Assembly: GCF_052425735.1 (NCBI RefSeq)
Contig: NC_135769.1
Coordinates: forward strand, 18,910,001-18,974,000
Source: Oculina patagonica
Lineage: Eukaryota
Reading direction: 5' to 3'
Length of the DNA stretch: 64,000 nt
The notes beneath the pieces are model-generated. The model worked only from the letters and a program-made list of their open reading frames with translations. It did not search any database and was not told the origin of the DNA. The translations under genes and the position numbers were made by a program. This document shows positions 63,901 to 64,000 of this stretch, piece after piece. Every line of letters starts with the position of its first letter. Positions within the stretch are counted from its first letter, which is position 1.

Positions 63901-64000
63901 TTTTTTTTTGCTGTTTTTGTTTTTGTTTTAACAGGAGCAAAGGGAAACAAAAACTGAATCATGGTATGATACTGAAGGTGTAACAGAAAGAACACTTGCC
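60932..64000 (+). CDS. CCP110: CCP110 (centriolar protein CP110)-like, 5' part; join(60932..60952,61072..61227,62419..62556,63935..>64000)
   Basis: All-phase-0 GT-AG exons give ...KSILSFNGMEFPPPLLTEDERAEMRQYRREAVKCEAK...LLLQVMLVMDRVQ, resembling the CP110 N-terminus as I recall it (SLIRFHGVAILSPLL...KRKEMQQ...LLTRVQEILDNVQ). Confidence 0.6.
62907..63643. mobile_element. Non-autonomous DNA transposon in a CCP110-like intron
   Basis: cagtgctcgacac / gtgtcgagcactg TIRs, flanking repeat acatg, actagccc subterminal motifs. Confidence 0.7.

Overview
Intron-rich, AT-rich animal genomic DNA; the MITE/SINE/Penelope repeat landscape suggests a cnidarian (probably a stony coral), which is an inference. 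Reading splice sites by hand gives four head-to-head gene pairs: an LRRC14/PRAME-like first exon (-) with TMEM130-like (+); DNAL4 (-) with ENDOV (+); intronless ANAPC10 (-) with five-exon SF3B5 (+); and a stand-alone six-MLLE-domain protein with an N-myristoylation motif (-) with the 5' part of a CCP110-like gene (+). A ~9.4 kb block (28545-37942) is repeated after a 500-N gap (38443-47379), probably as two haplotypes. It carries an orphan two-exon ORF, a Penelope-like GIY-YIG remnant and minimal dimer-type hammerhead ribozymes; one copy also has a perfect 116-bp-arm foldback containing hammerhead-like motifs. An ~8 kb satellite of ~205-bp units (about 47415-55560) shows layered subfamilies and incipient higher-order repeats. 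The most novel candidates are the hexa-MLLE protein and the hammerhead-bearing elements.
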